Shown here: piece after piece, positions 40,501-52,672 of the stretch
How the letters are laid out: each line of letters starts with the position of its first letter
How positions within the stretch are numbered: position 1 is the stretch's first letter
DNA from: Nemertoderma westbladi
Taxonomy: Eukaryota; Animalia; Xenacoelomorpha
Length of the DNA: 54,245 nucleotides
Assembly (NCBI GenBank): GCA_032718475.1
Contig: JAUCBJ010000349.1
Location: 1-54,245 of the forward strand
Direction: 5' to 3'
Notes under the pieces: model-generated
Databases searched by the model: none
What the model was told of the DNA's origin: nothing
What the model saw: the letters and a program-made list of their open reading frames with translations, nothing else
Translations under genes and position numbers: made by a program

Positions 40501-43500
40501 TCTGCCACAGTAATGCTGTGCATTGGTTAATCTCTGCCACAGTAATGCTGCCCATTGGTTAGTCTGTCACGTGGTATGCTGTGCATTGGTTAGTCTGTCA
40601 CGTGGTATGCTGTGCATTGGTTAATATCTGCCACAGTAATGCTGAGCATTGGTTAGTCTCTGCCACAGTAATGCTGTGCATTGGTTAATCTCTGCCACAG
40701 TAATGCTGCCCATTGGTTAGTCTGTCACGTGGTATGCTGTGCATTGGTTAATCTCTGCCACAGTAATGCTGTGCATTGGTTAATCTCTGACACAGTAATG
40801 CTGTGCATTGGTTAATATCTGCCACAGTAATGCTGAGCATTGGTTAGTCTCTGCCACGTGGTATGCTGTGCATTGGTTAATCTGTCACGTGGTATGCAGT
40901 GCATTGGTTAATATCTGCCACAGTAATGCTGTGCATTGCTTAGTCTGTCACGTGGTATGATGTGCTTTGGTTAGTCTCTGCCACAGTAATGCTGTGCATT
41001 GCTTAGTCTGTCACGTGGTATGCTGTGCATTGGTTAGTCTGTCACGTGGTATGCTGTGCATTGGTTAATATCTGCCACAGTAATGCTGAGCATTGGTTAG
41101 TCTCTGCCACGTGGTATGCTGTGCATTGGTTAATCTGTCACGTGGTATGCAGTGCATTGGTTAATATCTGCCACAGTAATGCTGTGCATTGCTTAGTCTG
41201 TCACGTGGTATGATGTGCTTTGGTTAGTCTCTGCCACAGTAATGCTGTGCATTGCTTAGTCTGCCACGTGGTATGCTGTGCATTGGTTAATCTCTGCCAC
41301 AGTAATGCTGTGCATTGGTTAATATCTGCCACAGTAATGCTGTCCATTGGTTAGTCTCTGCCACAGTAATGCTGTGCATTGGTTAATCTCTGCCACAGTA
41401 ATGCTGCCCATTGGTTAGTCTGTCACGTGGTATGCTGTGCATTGGTTAATCTCTGCCACAGTAATGCTGTGCATTGGTTAATCTCTGACACAGTAATGCT
41501 GTGCATTGGTTAATATCTGCCACAGTAATGCTGAGCATTGGTTAGTCTCTGCCACGTGGTATGCTGTGCATTGGTTAATCTGTCACGTGGTATGCAGTGC
41601 ATTGGTTAATATCTGCCACAGTAATGCTGTGCATTGCTTAGTCTGTCACGTGGTATGATGTGCTTTGGTTAGTCTCTGCCACAGTAATGCTGTGCATTGC
41701 TTAGTCTGTCACGTGGTATGCTGTGCATTGGTTAGTCTGTCACGTGGTATGCTGTGCATTGGTTAATATCTGCCACAGTAATGCTGAGCATTGGTTAGTC
41801 TCTGCCACAGTAATGCTGTGCATTGGTTAATCTCTGCCACAGTAATGCTGCCCATTGGTTAGTCTGTCACGTGGTATGCTGTGCATTGGTTAATCTCTGC
41901 CACAGTAATGCTGTGCATTGGTTAATCTCTGACACAGTAATGCTGTGCATTGGTTAATATCTGCCACAGTAATGCTGAGCATTGGTTAGTCTCTGCCACG
42001 TGGTATGCTGTGCATTGGTTAGTCTGTCACGTGGTATGCTGTGCATTGGTTAATCTCTGCCACAGTAACGCTGCGCATTGGTTAGTCTGTCACGTGGTAT
42101 GATGTGCTTTGGTTAATCTCTGCCACAGTAACGCTGCCCATTGGTTAGTCTGTCACGTGGTATGCTGTGCATTGGTTAATCTCTGCCACAGTAACGCTGC
42201 GCATTGGTTAGTCTGTCACGTGGTATGATGTGCTTTGGTTAGTCTCTGCCACAGTAATGCTGTGCATTGCTTAGTCTGTCACGTGGTATGCTGTGCATTG
42301 GTTAATCTCTGCCACAGTAATGCTGTGCATTGGTTAGTCTCTGCCACAGTAATGCTGCCCATTGGTTAGTCTGTCACGTGGTATGCTGTGCATTGGTTAA
42401 TCTCTGCCACAGTAATGCTGCCCATTGGTTAGTCTGTCACGTGGTATGCTGTGCATTGGTTAATCTCTGCCACAGTAATGCTGTGCATTGGTTAGTCTCT
42501 GCCACAGTAATGCTGCCCATTGGTTAGTCTGTCACGTGGTATGATGTGCTTTGGTTAGTCTCTGCCACAGTAATGCTGCCCATTGGTTAGTCTGTCACGT
42601 GGTATGCTGTGCATTGGATAATATCTGCCACAGTAATGCTGTGCATTGGTTAGTCTCTGCCACAGTAATGCTGCCCATTGGTTAGTCTGTCACGTGGTAT
42701 GCTGTGCATTGGTTAATCTCTGCCACAGTAACGCTGCGCATTGGTTAGTCTGTCACGTGGTATGATGTGCTTTGGTTAGTCTCTGCCACAGTAATGCTGT
42801 GCATTGCTTAGTCTGTCACGTGGTATGCTGTGCATTGGTTAATCTCTGCCACAGTAATGCTGTGCATTGGTTAGTCTCTGCCACAGTAATGCTGCCCATT
42901 GGTTAGTCTGTCACGTGGTATGCTGTCCATTGGTTAATCTCTGCCACAGTAACGCTGCGCATTGGTTAGTCTGTCACGTGGTATGATGTGCTTTGGTTAG
43001 TCTCTGCCACAGTAATGCTGTGCATTGCTTAGTCTGTCACGTGGTATGCTGTGCATTGGTTAATCTCTGACACAGTAATGCTGTGCATTGGTTAATCTCT
43101 GCCACAGTAATGCTGCCCATTGGTTAGTCTGTCACGTGGTATGATGTGCTTTGGTTAGTCTCTGCCACAGTAATGCTGTGCATTGCTTAGTCTGTCACGT
43201 GGTATGCTGTGCATTGGTTAATCTCTGCCACAGTAACGCTGCGCATTGGTTAGTCTGTCACGTGGTATGATGTGCTTTGGTTAGTCTCTGCCACAGTAAT
43301 GCTGTGCATTGCTTAGTCTGTCACGTGGTATGCTGTGCATTGGTTAATCTCTGACACAGTAATGCTGTGCATTGGTTAATCTCTGCCACAGTAATGCTGC
43401 CCATTGGTTAGTCTGTCACGTGGTATGATGTGCTTTGGTTAGTCTCTGCCACAGTAATGCTGTGCATTGCTTAGTCTGTCACGTGGTATGCTGTGCATTG

Positions 43501-46500
43501 GTTAATCTCTGCCACAGTAACGCTGCGCATTGGTTAGTCTGTCACGTGGTATGATGTGCTTTGGTTAGTCTCTGCCACAGTAATGCTGTGCATTGCTTAG
43601 TCTGTCACGTGGTATGCTGTGCATTGGTTAATCTCTGACACAGTAATGCTGTGCATTGGTTAATCTCTGCCACAGTAATGCTGCCCATTGGTTAGTCTGT
43701 CACGTGGTATGATGTGCTTTGGTTAGTCTCTGCCACAGTAATGCTGTGCATTGCTTAGTCTGTCACGTGGTATGCTGTGCATTGGTTAATCTCTGACACA
43801 GTAATGCTGTGCATTGGTTAATCTCTGCCACAGTAATGCTGCCCATTGCTTAGTCTGTCACGTGGTATGCTGTGCATTGGTTAATCTCTGACACAGTAAT
43901 GCTGTGCATTGGTTAATCTCTGCCACAGCAATGCTGCCCATTGGTTAGTCTGTCACGTGGTATGCTGTGCATTGGTTAATCTCTGCCACAGTAATGCTGT
44001 GCATTGGTTAATCTCTGACACAGTAATGCTGTGCATTGGTTAATATCTGCCACAGTAATGCTGAGCATTGGTTAGTCTCTGCCACGTGGTATGCTGTGCA
44101 TTGGTTAGTCTGTCACGTGGTATGCTGTGCATTGGTTAATCTCTGCCACAGTAACGCTGCGCATTGGTTAGTCTGTCACGTGGTATGATGTGCTTTGGTT
44201 AATCTCTGCCACAGTAACGCTGCCCATTGGTTAGTCTGTCACGTGGTATGCTGTGCATTGGTTAATCTCTGCCACAGTAACGCTGCGCATTGGTTAGTCT
44301 GTCACGTGGTATGATGTGCTTTGGTTAGTCTCTGCCACAGTAATGCTGTGCATTGCTTAGTCTGTCACGTGGTATGCTGTGCATTGGTTAATCTCTGCCA
44401 CAGTAATGCTGTGCATTGGTTAGTCTCTGCCACAGTAATGCTGCCCATTGGTTAGTCTGTCACGTGGTATGCTGTGCATTGGTTAATCTCTGCCACAGTA
44501 ATGCTGCCCATTGGTTAGTCTGTCACGTGGTATGCTGTGCATTGGTTAATCTCTGCCACAGTAATGCTGTGCATTGGTTAGTCTCTGCCACAGTAATGCT
44601 GCCCATTGGTTAGTCTGTCACGTGGTATGATGTGCTTTGGTTAGTCTCTGCCACAGTAATGCTGCCCATTGGTTAGTCTGTCACGTGGTATGCTGTGCAT
44701 TGGATAATATCTGCCACAGTAATGCTGTGCATTGGTTAGTCTCTGCCACAGTAATGCTGCCCATTGGTTAGTCTGTCACGTGGTATGCTGTGCATTGGTT
44801 AATCTCTGCCACAGTAACGCTGCGCATTGGTTAGTCTGTCACGTGGTATGATGTGCTTTGGTTAGTCTCTGCCACAGTAATGCTGTGCATTGCTTAGTCT
44901 GTCACGTGGTATGCTGTGCATTGGTTAATCTCTGCCACAGTAATGCTGTGCATTGGTTAGTCTCTGCCACAGTAATGCTGCCCATTGGTTAGTCTGTCAC
45001 GTGGTATGCTGTCCATTGGTTAATCTCTGCCACAGTAACGCTGCGCATTGGTTAGTCTGTCACGTGGTATGATGTGCTTTGGTTAGTCTCTGCCACAGTA
45101 ATGCTGTGCATTGCTTAGTCTGTCACGTGGTATGCTGTGCATTGGTTAATCTCTGACACAGTAATGCTGTGCATTGGTTAATCTCTGCCACAGTAATGCT
45201 GCCCATTGGTTAGTCTGTCACGTGGTATGATGTGCTTTGGTTAGTCTCTGCCACAGTAATGCTGTGCATTGCTTAGTCTGTCACGTGGTATGCTGTGCAT
45301 TGGTTAATCTCTGCCACAGTAACGCTGCGCATTGGTTAGTCTGTCACGTGGTATGATGTGCTTTGGTTAGTCTCTGCCACAGTAATGCTGTGCATTGCTT
45401 AGTCTGTCACGTGGTATGCTGTGCATTGGTTAATCTCTGACACAGTAATGCTGTGCATTGGTTAATCTCTGCCACAGTAATGCTGCCCATTGGTTAGTCT
45501 GTCACGTGGTATGATGTGCTTTGGTTAGTCTCTGCCACAGTAATGCTGTGCATTGCTTAGTCTGTCACGTGGTATGCTGTGCATTGGTTAATCTCTGCCA
45601 CAGTAACGCTGCGCATTGGTTAGTCTGTCACGTGGTATGATGTGCTTTGGTTAGTCTCTGCCACAGTAATGCTGTGCATTGCTTAGTCTGTCACGTGGTA
45701 TGCTGTGCATTGGTTAATCTTTGACACAGTAATGCTGTGCATTGGTTAATCTCTGCCACAGTAATGCTGCCCATTGGTTAGTCTGTCACGTGGTATGATG
45801 TGCTTTGGTTAGTCTCTGCCACAGTAATGCTGTGCATTGCTTAGTCTGTCACGTGGTATGCTGTGCATTGGTTAATCTCTGCCACAGTAACGCTGCGCAT
45901 TGCTTAGTCTGTCACGTGGTATGCTGTGCATTGGTTAATCTCTGCCACAGTAATGCTGTGCATTGGTTAGTCTCTGTCACAGTAATGCTGCCCATTGGTT
46001 AGTCTGTCACGTGGTATGCTGTGCATTGGTTAGTCTCTGCCACAGTAATGCTGCCCATTGGTTAGTCTGTCACGTGGTATGCTGTGCATTGGTTAATCTC
46101 TGTCACAGTAATGCTGCCCATTGGTTAGTCTGTCACGTGGTATGCTGTGCATTGGTTAGTCTCTGCCACAGTAATGCTGCCCATTGGTTAGTCTGTCACG
46201 TGGTATGCTGTCCATTGGTTAATCTCTGACAAAGTAATGCTGAGCATTGGTTAGTCTCTGCCACGTGGTATGCTGTGCATTGCTTAGTCTGTCACGTGGT
46301 ATGCTGTGCATTGGTTAATCTCTGCCACAGTAATGCTGTGCATTGGTTAGTCTCTGCCACAGTAATGCTGCCCATTGGTTAGTCTGTCACGTGGTATGCT
46401 GTGCATTGGTTAATCTCTGCCACAGTAACGCTGCGCATTGGTTAGTCTGTCACGTGGTATGATGTGCTTTGGTTAGTCTCTGCCACAGTAATGCTGTGCA

Positions 46501-47098
46501 TTGCTTAGTCTGTCACGTGGTATGCTGTGCATTGGTTAATCTCTGCCACAGTAATGCTGTGCATTGGTTAGTCTCTGCCACAGTAATGCTGCCCATTGGT
46601 TAGTCTGTCACGTGGTATGCTGTGCATTGGTTAATCTCTGCCACAGTAATGCTGCCCATTGGTTAGTCTGTCACGTGGTATGCTGTGCATTGGTTAATCT
46701 CTGCCACAGTAATGCTGCCCATTGGTTAGTCTGTCACGTGGTATGCTGTGCATTGGTTAATCTCTGCCACAGTAACGCTGCCCATTGGTTAGTCTGTCAC
46801 GTGGTATGCTGTGCATTGGTTAATCTCTGCCACAGTAACGCTGCGCATTGGTTAGTCTGTCACGTGGTATGATGTGCTTTGGTTAGTCTCTGCCACAGTA
46901 ATGCTGTGCATTGCTTAGTCTGTCACGTGGTATGCTGTGCATTGGTTAATCTCTGCCACAGTAATGCTGTGCATTGGTTAGTCTCTGCCACAGTAATGCT
47001 GTGCATTGGTTAGTCTCTGTCACAGTAATGCTGTGCATTGCTTAGTCTGTCACGTGGTATGCTGTGCATTGGTTAGTCTCTGTCACGTGTTATGCTGT
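13578..47098 (+). repeat. ~33.5-kb satellite array, roughly 1050 units of 31-33 bp
   Basis: Base unit cattggttaatctctg[c/a]cacagtaatgctgtc (32 bp). Variants cattggttagtctgtcacgtggtatgctgtg (31 bp) and cattggttaatctctgccacgtggtatgctgtg (33 bp). Head-to-tail throughout. Confidence 0.99.
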
Positions 47099-48176
47099 TT
47101 ATCCGCGAGTCCTTTATACAGTAAATTAATTGGGTATTCACATTGCTGAGAGGTGTCTGCCGACAATCAGAGTGGTATGGGCGATATCTGAGTTAGTTCG
47201 TCTGTTGCGCATGGCATAAACGTGTTGTACTCACGTGTTAGGACGACTAACCTTCCCTATATTTTCCGTTTACCGGACAAAGCTCGTTAATTTTGCTCCT
47301 GTACAGACAGTGAAATAATGATTAAAATCTACGTAATATTTTTCAAGAGATAAAGTAAATTATTATTTTTGCATAAAAAGTTAGGGTTTTTAAAATGTAT
47401 TATTATCTTTCTCAATTACAGTAAATGAAATATAATGATTATAATATTATTAATATTGATACTGGTTAGAGTGAAACTATTTGTTCTAAATATTTAATAT
47501 GTTAATAAACTATTTGCCAAATATATTAATTAAATTCAACCTTTTAATTTTCAAATTATTAATAATTAATGAACACGAACGTAACTTAATATGAATATGA
47601 ATTTGAATTACAAATTAATTAATTAATTAATTTGTAATAATAATTACAAATTAATACATCATCAGTAACTCTTGGGGACGAATAATTTTTTTTTTTCGCT
47701 ATATGTTTCGCTATGGTAGACCCTGTTGTGGGTCCCATTCTGTATAATAACCCAGTTGATATCAGTTCCCGGTAAGCGTTTGTTCCTTTGATATCCTCAT
47801 GGAAAAATGACGCATGTTCATTTCCATTGGTAATTATTTATGTAAGGAGCATCCCCAACACCCACCCTCCATCTCTTGTACAGTTAATAATTGTCTTACA
47901 GGTGCCACTTTATGGCCCATGTTGTATATAATTATAATGTAACAGGGGAAATGCAGGTTTGTTTACTGTATTAAAATTCAGTAAAGCAAGCCTGGAGCCT
48001 GTTGAACTCAAAATTACTTAACATATCCTATTGTGTGTACCGGGGTCTCCTAATATAATAAATAAATAAATACAGCCTTAGTCATAAAATTAATGTTTAA
48101 CTTTGTTATGTAAAGTTATGGTACTGTAGAATCACACGCAACTTTCTCTTCGAAACGCTATTGTTGCAGAAACCCA

Positions 48177-49439
48177 ATGTCTCCTATCGCCTCTAATGTA
48201 ACTCCTAGAAAGGGCTGGAGGTTTAATATCTTGATAATTATATTGCTGGCATATCAGATGGTACCATGTTGGGGTCTCAACCTTTTAGAATCCTTCTTTC
48301 CTATTGTGGTCGAAAAACGAGGTTGGACAAAGACTCTCATTGGCTCATTATTGGCAACATTCTCATTTGTACAGCTGTTGATACATTTACTCTTCCCGCA
48401 CGGCGTCAGCAACTGGGGAACGCGTATTTCTATGGGACTATTTGGAATCTTGGGATCTGTTACCCAGTTACTTTTTGGATTCGTCGAATATATTCCTGAC
48501 AATCGGCTTTATATAATAGCATGTTTTTCCTTGCGTCTCTTGGAAGGAGTTGGGCAAACAATTAGTTTTGTTTATTCATATAGTTTATTGATGGAATTGT
48601 GTCAAACTAACCGAAGTTTCATTTCTAGTGTAACTCTAGTTATTGGCACTCTTGGCTACACAATTTCCCCGATTTTTGGTTCAGTCGTTTTTTATACACT
48701 GGGTTTCGAATTTCCATTCATCATCTCAGGTTTGATATTTACTTTTCTTGTCCTTTACTGCTGTTTAGAAGCTCCCGCCCAACTCTACGATAGATTTAAT
48801 TCAAAACACGAAAGACCATCGTATCTCGCAGTTCTCAAACACCCAGCCATCACTCTCTTATTTATTTTACACATTTACGAAGCAGTTGTAGTTTATTTTA
48901 CAATGGCGAACTACGCCGCTTACCTTTATAACATCTACAACGTCAACCAGTATAACATCGGACTGGATTTTATGATATATCCGGTTTGTCAAGGGTCTAT
49001 TGGTTTCCTCATGAGTTTTTTTATGAACAAAATGAAGACAATTTATCCCGGCATAGTCGGTACTATAATTTTAGTGATGGCGATGCAACTGATAGGCCCA
49101 ACGGAGGCGCTCGGTTTACCGAGGTCTCTTACGATCTCATTGATCGGCTGTGTTATGTTAGGAATAGGGGCTGGATTATTCCAAACAACCAGTCTTGAAA
49201 CACAAACTCGCCTTGCAATCTCCGACTGTCGATTTATCGATAACGTCGACACCAGATCAGTTCTCTTGCAGTTATTTAAAATCTCCATGTATGTTGGGAA
49301 TATTGTGGGCGCGATTGTTGGCGGATTACTAAACGATTATTTTGGATTTCAAATAGCGTCATCTCTCATTAGCATCACTGGTGTGCCTTTTCTTATCGCG
49401 CTAGTGATTTTTGTTGTTTTTAAAAAAATGTTCGTTTAA
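48177..49439 (+). CDS. Major facilitator superfamily transporter, SLC18B1-like; single coding exon, 420 aa
   Basis: About 12 hydrophobic segments. SLC18B1-like motifs LFGFVEYI, CFSLRLLEGVG, GYTISPIFGSVVFYTLGFEFPF, LIGP and GNIVGAIVGGLLNDYFGF. Confidence 0.88.
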   Translation: MSPIASNVTPRKGWRFNILIIILLAYQMVPCWGLNLLESFFPIVVEKRGWTKTLIGSLLATFSFVQLLIHLLFPHGVSNWGTRISMGLFGILGSVTQLLFGFVEYIPDNRLYIIACFSLRLLEGVGQTISFVYSYSLLMELCQTNRSFISSVTLVIGTLGYTISPIFGSVVFYTLGFEFPFIISGLIFTFLVLYCCLEAPAQLYDRFNSKHERPSYLAVLKHPAITLLFILHIYEAVVVYFTMANYAAYLYNIYNVNQYNIGLDFMIYPVCQGSIGFLMSFFMNKMKTIYPGIVGTIILVMAMQLIGPTEALGLPRSLTISLIGCVMLGIGAGLFQTTSLETQTRLAISDCRFIDNVDTRSVLLQLFKISMYVGNIVGAIVGGLLNDYFGFQIASSLISITGVPFLIALVIFVVFKKMFV

Positions 49440-49617
49440 TACCGATTTATTAACAAATTATACCGGAACTGCTGGAATTTCGACGGAACGCTTGCAGATA
49501 AAAATTGAAACGAAAATAAAATTGATGGCTGATCCACGAAGTGGTCAGGAGGTGAAACTATTTATGTCAATGATATTTTTGCAATCGATTTTCATTACCC
49601 ACATTTCATTTGGGAGG

Positions 49618-49863
49618 CAAAAACGCATTTGACCCAAGTATCCCAAAAACGCATTTGACCCAAGTATCCCAAAAACGCATTTGACCCAAGTATCCCAAAA
49701 ACGCATTTGACCCAAGTATCCCAAAAACGCATTTGACCCAAGTATCCCAAAAACGCATTTGACCCAAGTATCCCAAAAACGCATTTGACCCAAGTATCCC
49801 AAAAACGCATTTGACCCAAGTATCCCAAAAACGCATTTGACCCAAGTATCCCCCCCCCCCCCC
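49618..49863 (+). repeat. 26-bp tandem repeat (9 identical copies) ending in a C14 run
   Basis: Unit caaaaacgcatttgacccaagtatcc. Poly-C at 49850-49863. Confidence 0.97.
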
Positions 49864-50997
49864 ACATTGGCTTTAACTATTTACCATGCTATGGTAATCG
49901 CCATGCTATGGTGTACTTTAATGACAACTTTCATTTTGGTCACACCGATACGATATAATAATATCTTCAATATGTCATTGATTATATATATGGTTGACTA
50001 ATATTAATAATGGACTGGATTGATATTGGAAGTATTTGGCTAGTTTGGAATATTCAAAACAGTGGCACTTAGAAACTACAAAGAACCTTTAATTAATGTT
50101 CCAATTGATGGATTCGATTAGTTTTAGATGCGCGCTAATTATACGCGTATCTATATATTTCATTGTTATCGTGAATTTCTTCTGATACAGCCAAGGTTTA
50201 TTTAGACAGGCCTACCTTTCCTATTTGTGATGTTTCAATCGTCCCTAAATCAACCCACATTTAACTCAAATAACCTATAGTAGTAAGTTGTGGAATAAAA
50301 ATATTATGTCAGGTGCTGCATATTGTCATATTGAGAATATATTGAAAAAGTCAGGTTGCAGCCACTTTTGGTGTCGGATGAAAAATACAGTTGGAGTTTC
50401 TACGTCCAATTCATAAAAACTCAAATACAAAATGAATTATAGATGAATGAAGTTTAGCCGTAGGGTTGGAGGTAGAGCAATATAAGAGTAAAGACTTTAA
50501 ATCACTCAGTTAAAAAGGTAAACTTTATTCAACTCCATTGCAACCAGCAATGAATTTTGTTTTATGGAATAATAAATAGAAGTTATACACTTTATATCTT
50601 AGCACAATTAGATTGTAAATACAATAAAAATAAGTACTGCAATTTGAAATTAAATTTCGCCAATAAAAATAACAAAATTATAAACAATGTATTTTACCAG
50701 GCCTTATAAACACTGGAGCGAATTATACTAGCCTATTTATTAGATCAAATAATAGGCCTATAAACAATTCAAAATGTTTGTCGGTAAAAAAATGATCAGT
50801 AATTGTATATCTGAGTTCTAGAAGATTTACAGTAAATCAATATAAATTATATTTTATTCGCTAAATAATTTCATTATTTTCATTAAAAAAAATAGCAAAT
50901 CCCAACTAGCGAAAGAACCGAAACTGATCGCTTGTCGATATATAAATACTGATGATTAACTTTATTTTACTCGCTTATAAATTTGATAAGGCAAATT

Positions 50998-52080
50998 TTA
51001 TCCCTGTCTAAAGAACTCCTCCATATTCTGACTGTAGTCCATATCAATAGCTGAACCGGCTGACTGGGCCCCCAATAGTGCCGCGCCTACAGCGCTGGAG
51101 ACCACAGGTTTAACCAGCCGGTACCGAGTCAGTCTGTCTCCCTCCCCACGGGACCCCAAAGTGTCCACGAACCCCTGGCGTAGCAGGTCCCAGGCCCGCC
51201 AAACATTACCCACGCAGAGGATCTGCAATCCGTAATCGGGGTCCATCAAGAAAGAATCGATACACGGGGCCACCGCTAGGAGGCTCTGCGCCAAAACCTC
51301 GCCGGCCCGGTGGAAGAACCAACGACACAAGGGATCCCCCGTCGTTGTCGCGCAATCTGCGAGTTCGCGACACAACTTAGCGATTCCCGGCTTATTAAAG
51401 TTGGGATAAAGAAACGGCAAAATGTCGTATTTATCTTCGAGTTTAAAGAAATCCCAGATGACTTTCTTAGCGGATGTTGTGTCGTGCGGTGCTGTGGCGA
51501 AGTTCTCTAAGTCCTCGTATACGGTGCGCAATGCGAGATGGCTGATCCAGTAGCCCGAACCGTAGTCCCCCAGCATGTGTCCCCACCCTCCACAGGTGTG
51601 GACCGCCCCACCCGGGTTGAGGAGCAGCACGTTGCTACCGGTACCCGCTATAACTACCAGACCCCCCTTGTCGCTCACAGTTGCTAACGAACCGAATGTA
51701 TCCAGACACAGATGGTAACTCAACGCTAAACCGTTGGACTGGAAGGATTCCATTAAGGTTTTACGCTGTTCTCCCTTCTCGCCGCCACTTATCGCCAACC
51801 CTAAGGCAACCAAAGGGTATTCCGCCTCCACCCCGGCCCTATCCTTAGCTGATTGTATGAGTTTATGGATCCTAGCGGTGCATTCATCCACCCCCACCAA
51901 CCACGGGTTGGTAGGTGGACCAGTAATCTGGGATTTAATCTTGCCGTCCGCATCCATTAACACGAATGTTGACGCCGTGGCCCCCCCTTCCAGGCCACCA
52001 AAGTATTTATCATAAGGACCGTAATCCATTTTACACTCCGACAAAGCATTATCGTATTTGATTACCAAACTGTCACTCAT
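50998..52080 (-). CDS. NAGK: N-acetyl-D-glucosamine kinase; single coding exon, 360 aa
   Basis: FGGLEGGATAS, GPPTNPWLVG, GLAISGGE, GGLVVIAGTGSN, CGGWGHMLGDYGSGYWI and LQILCVGNVW are hallmark eukaryotic NAGK (BadF/BadG/BcrA/BcrD ATPase family) motifs. Confidence 0.95.
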   Translation of the reverse strand: MSDSLVIKYDNALSECKMDYGPYDKYFGGLEGGATASTFVLMDADGKIKSQITGPPTNPWLVGVDECTARIHKLIQSAKDRAGVEAEYPLVALGLAISGGEKGEQRKTLMESFQSNGLALSYHLCLDTFGSLATVSDKGGLVVIAGTGSNVLLLNPGGAVHTCGGWGHMLGDYGSGYWISHLALRTVYEDLENFATAPHDTTSAKKVIWDFFKLEDKYDILPFLYPNFNKPGIAKLCRELADCATTTGDPLCRWFFHRAGEVLAQSLLAVAPCIDSFLMDPDYGLQILCVGNVWRAWDLLRQGFVDTLGSRGEGDRLTRYRLVKPVVSSAVGAALLGAQSAGSAIDMDYSQNMEEFFRQG

Positions 52081-52313
52081 TTTAACTAAGCTATATTAAT
52101 TAAATGTAATTACGTATTTCTGCTGGCAGGCTGGTGCATAAGTTTTGTATGACAGCCAACCTACGCTACAACTCTCTTCTCTGCAACAAGTAAGTCAGTG
52201 AAGTTCAGTTCCGTATGTCATATAGACTGTCGGCGACGCTCAAGTAAAAAAAAAGGTTAAAATTACTTGTACTGTTGTAGGCAGGCAGTAGGCTACACTA
52301 AACCCGGACACCC

Positions 52314-52491
52314 GGCTTGAGGGAAAACACGCAACAGTGAACAGCTCTATAACAAATCGACAGCATTCAGGCATTAGCGCAACAAAGTAGGATTGGTTAA
52401 TTCATTCCACTCGAATTCCATTGGCTTGTACGTACATTATTGCATTATATAACATATTTTTGTAGCGCTGCGCTGATGGCGCAACAAAGCA
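52314..52491 (-). promoter_or_regulatory. Promoter-proximal module shared with the TRAPPC10 upstream region
   Basis: Reverse complement matches 1992-2181. ATTGG at 52392 and 52420 (28 bp apart). Ends 234 bp before the NAGK ATG. Confidence 0.55.
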
Positions 52492-52672
52492 ATGATTAGA
52501 CAAAAGTCAAAATTACAGTCTGACAGTGCAGCAGTACCTTTCCCAAAGGTACTATAACTGAATATTATTAATCCTGCTGTCTAACTAATGGGACTTTCTA
52601 AAAGAGATACCGAGCTATACCGGCGCCTATGACTACTAGCTAGGATCGGCATGCTGCATTGCAGCTGCATTT

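Noticed and set aside
24357-46872. Many Cys/His/Trp-rich ORFs (LVNLCHSNAAHWLVCHVVCCA repeats) suggesting a metal-binding repeat protein
   Set aside because: They arise because 63-bp and 33-bp satellite units are multiples of 3. They mostly start at non-ATG codons, break constantly and show no codon-level constraint.
8261-47098. CRISPR-like appearance of the regularly spaced repeats
   Set aside because: Units are head-to-tail with no unique spacers, there are no cas genes, and the context is eukaryotic with spliceosomal introns.
29700-47098. Exact ER-stress element (ERSE) array
   Set aside because: The spacer between CCAAT and CCACG is 10 nt, not the required 9; kept only as a generic CCAAT plus E-box observation.
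49545-49867. Three overlapping minus-strand ORFs with repeated WDTWVKCVFGILGSNAFLGYLGQMRF
   Set aside because: They are translations of the 26-bp tandem repeat.
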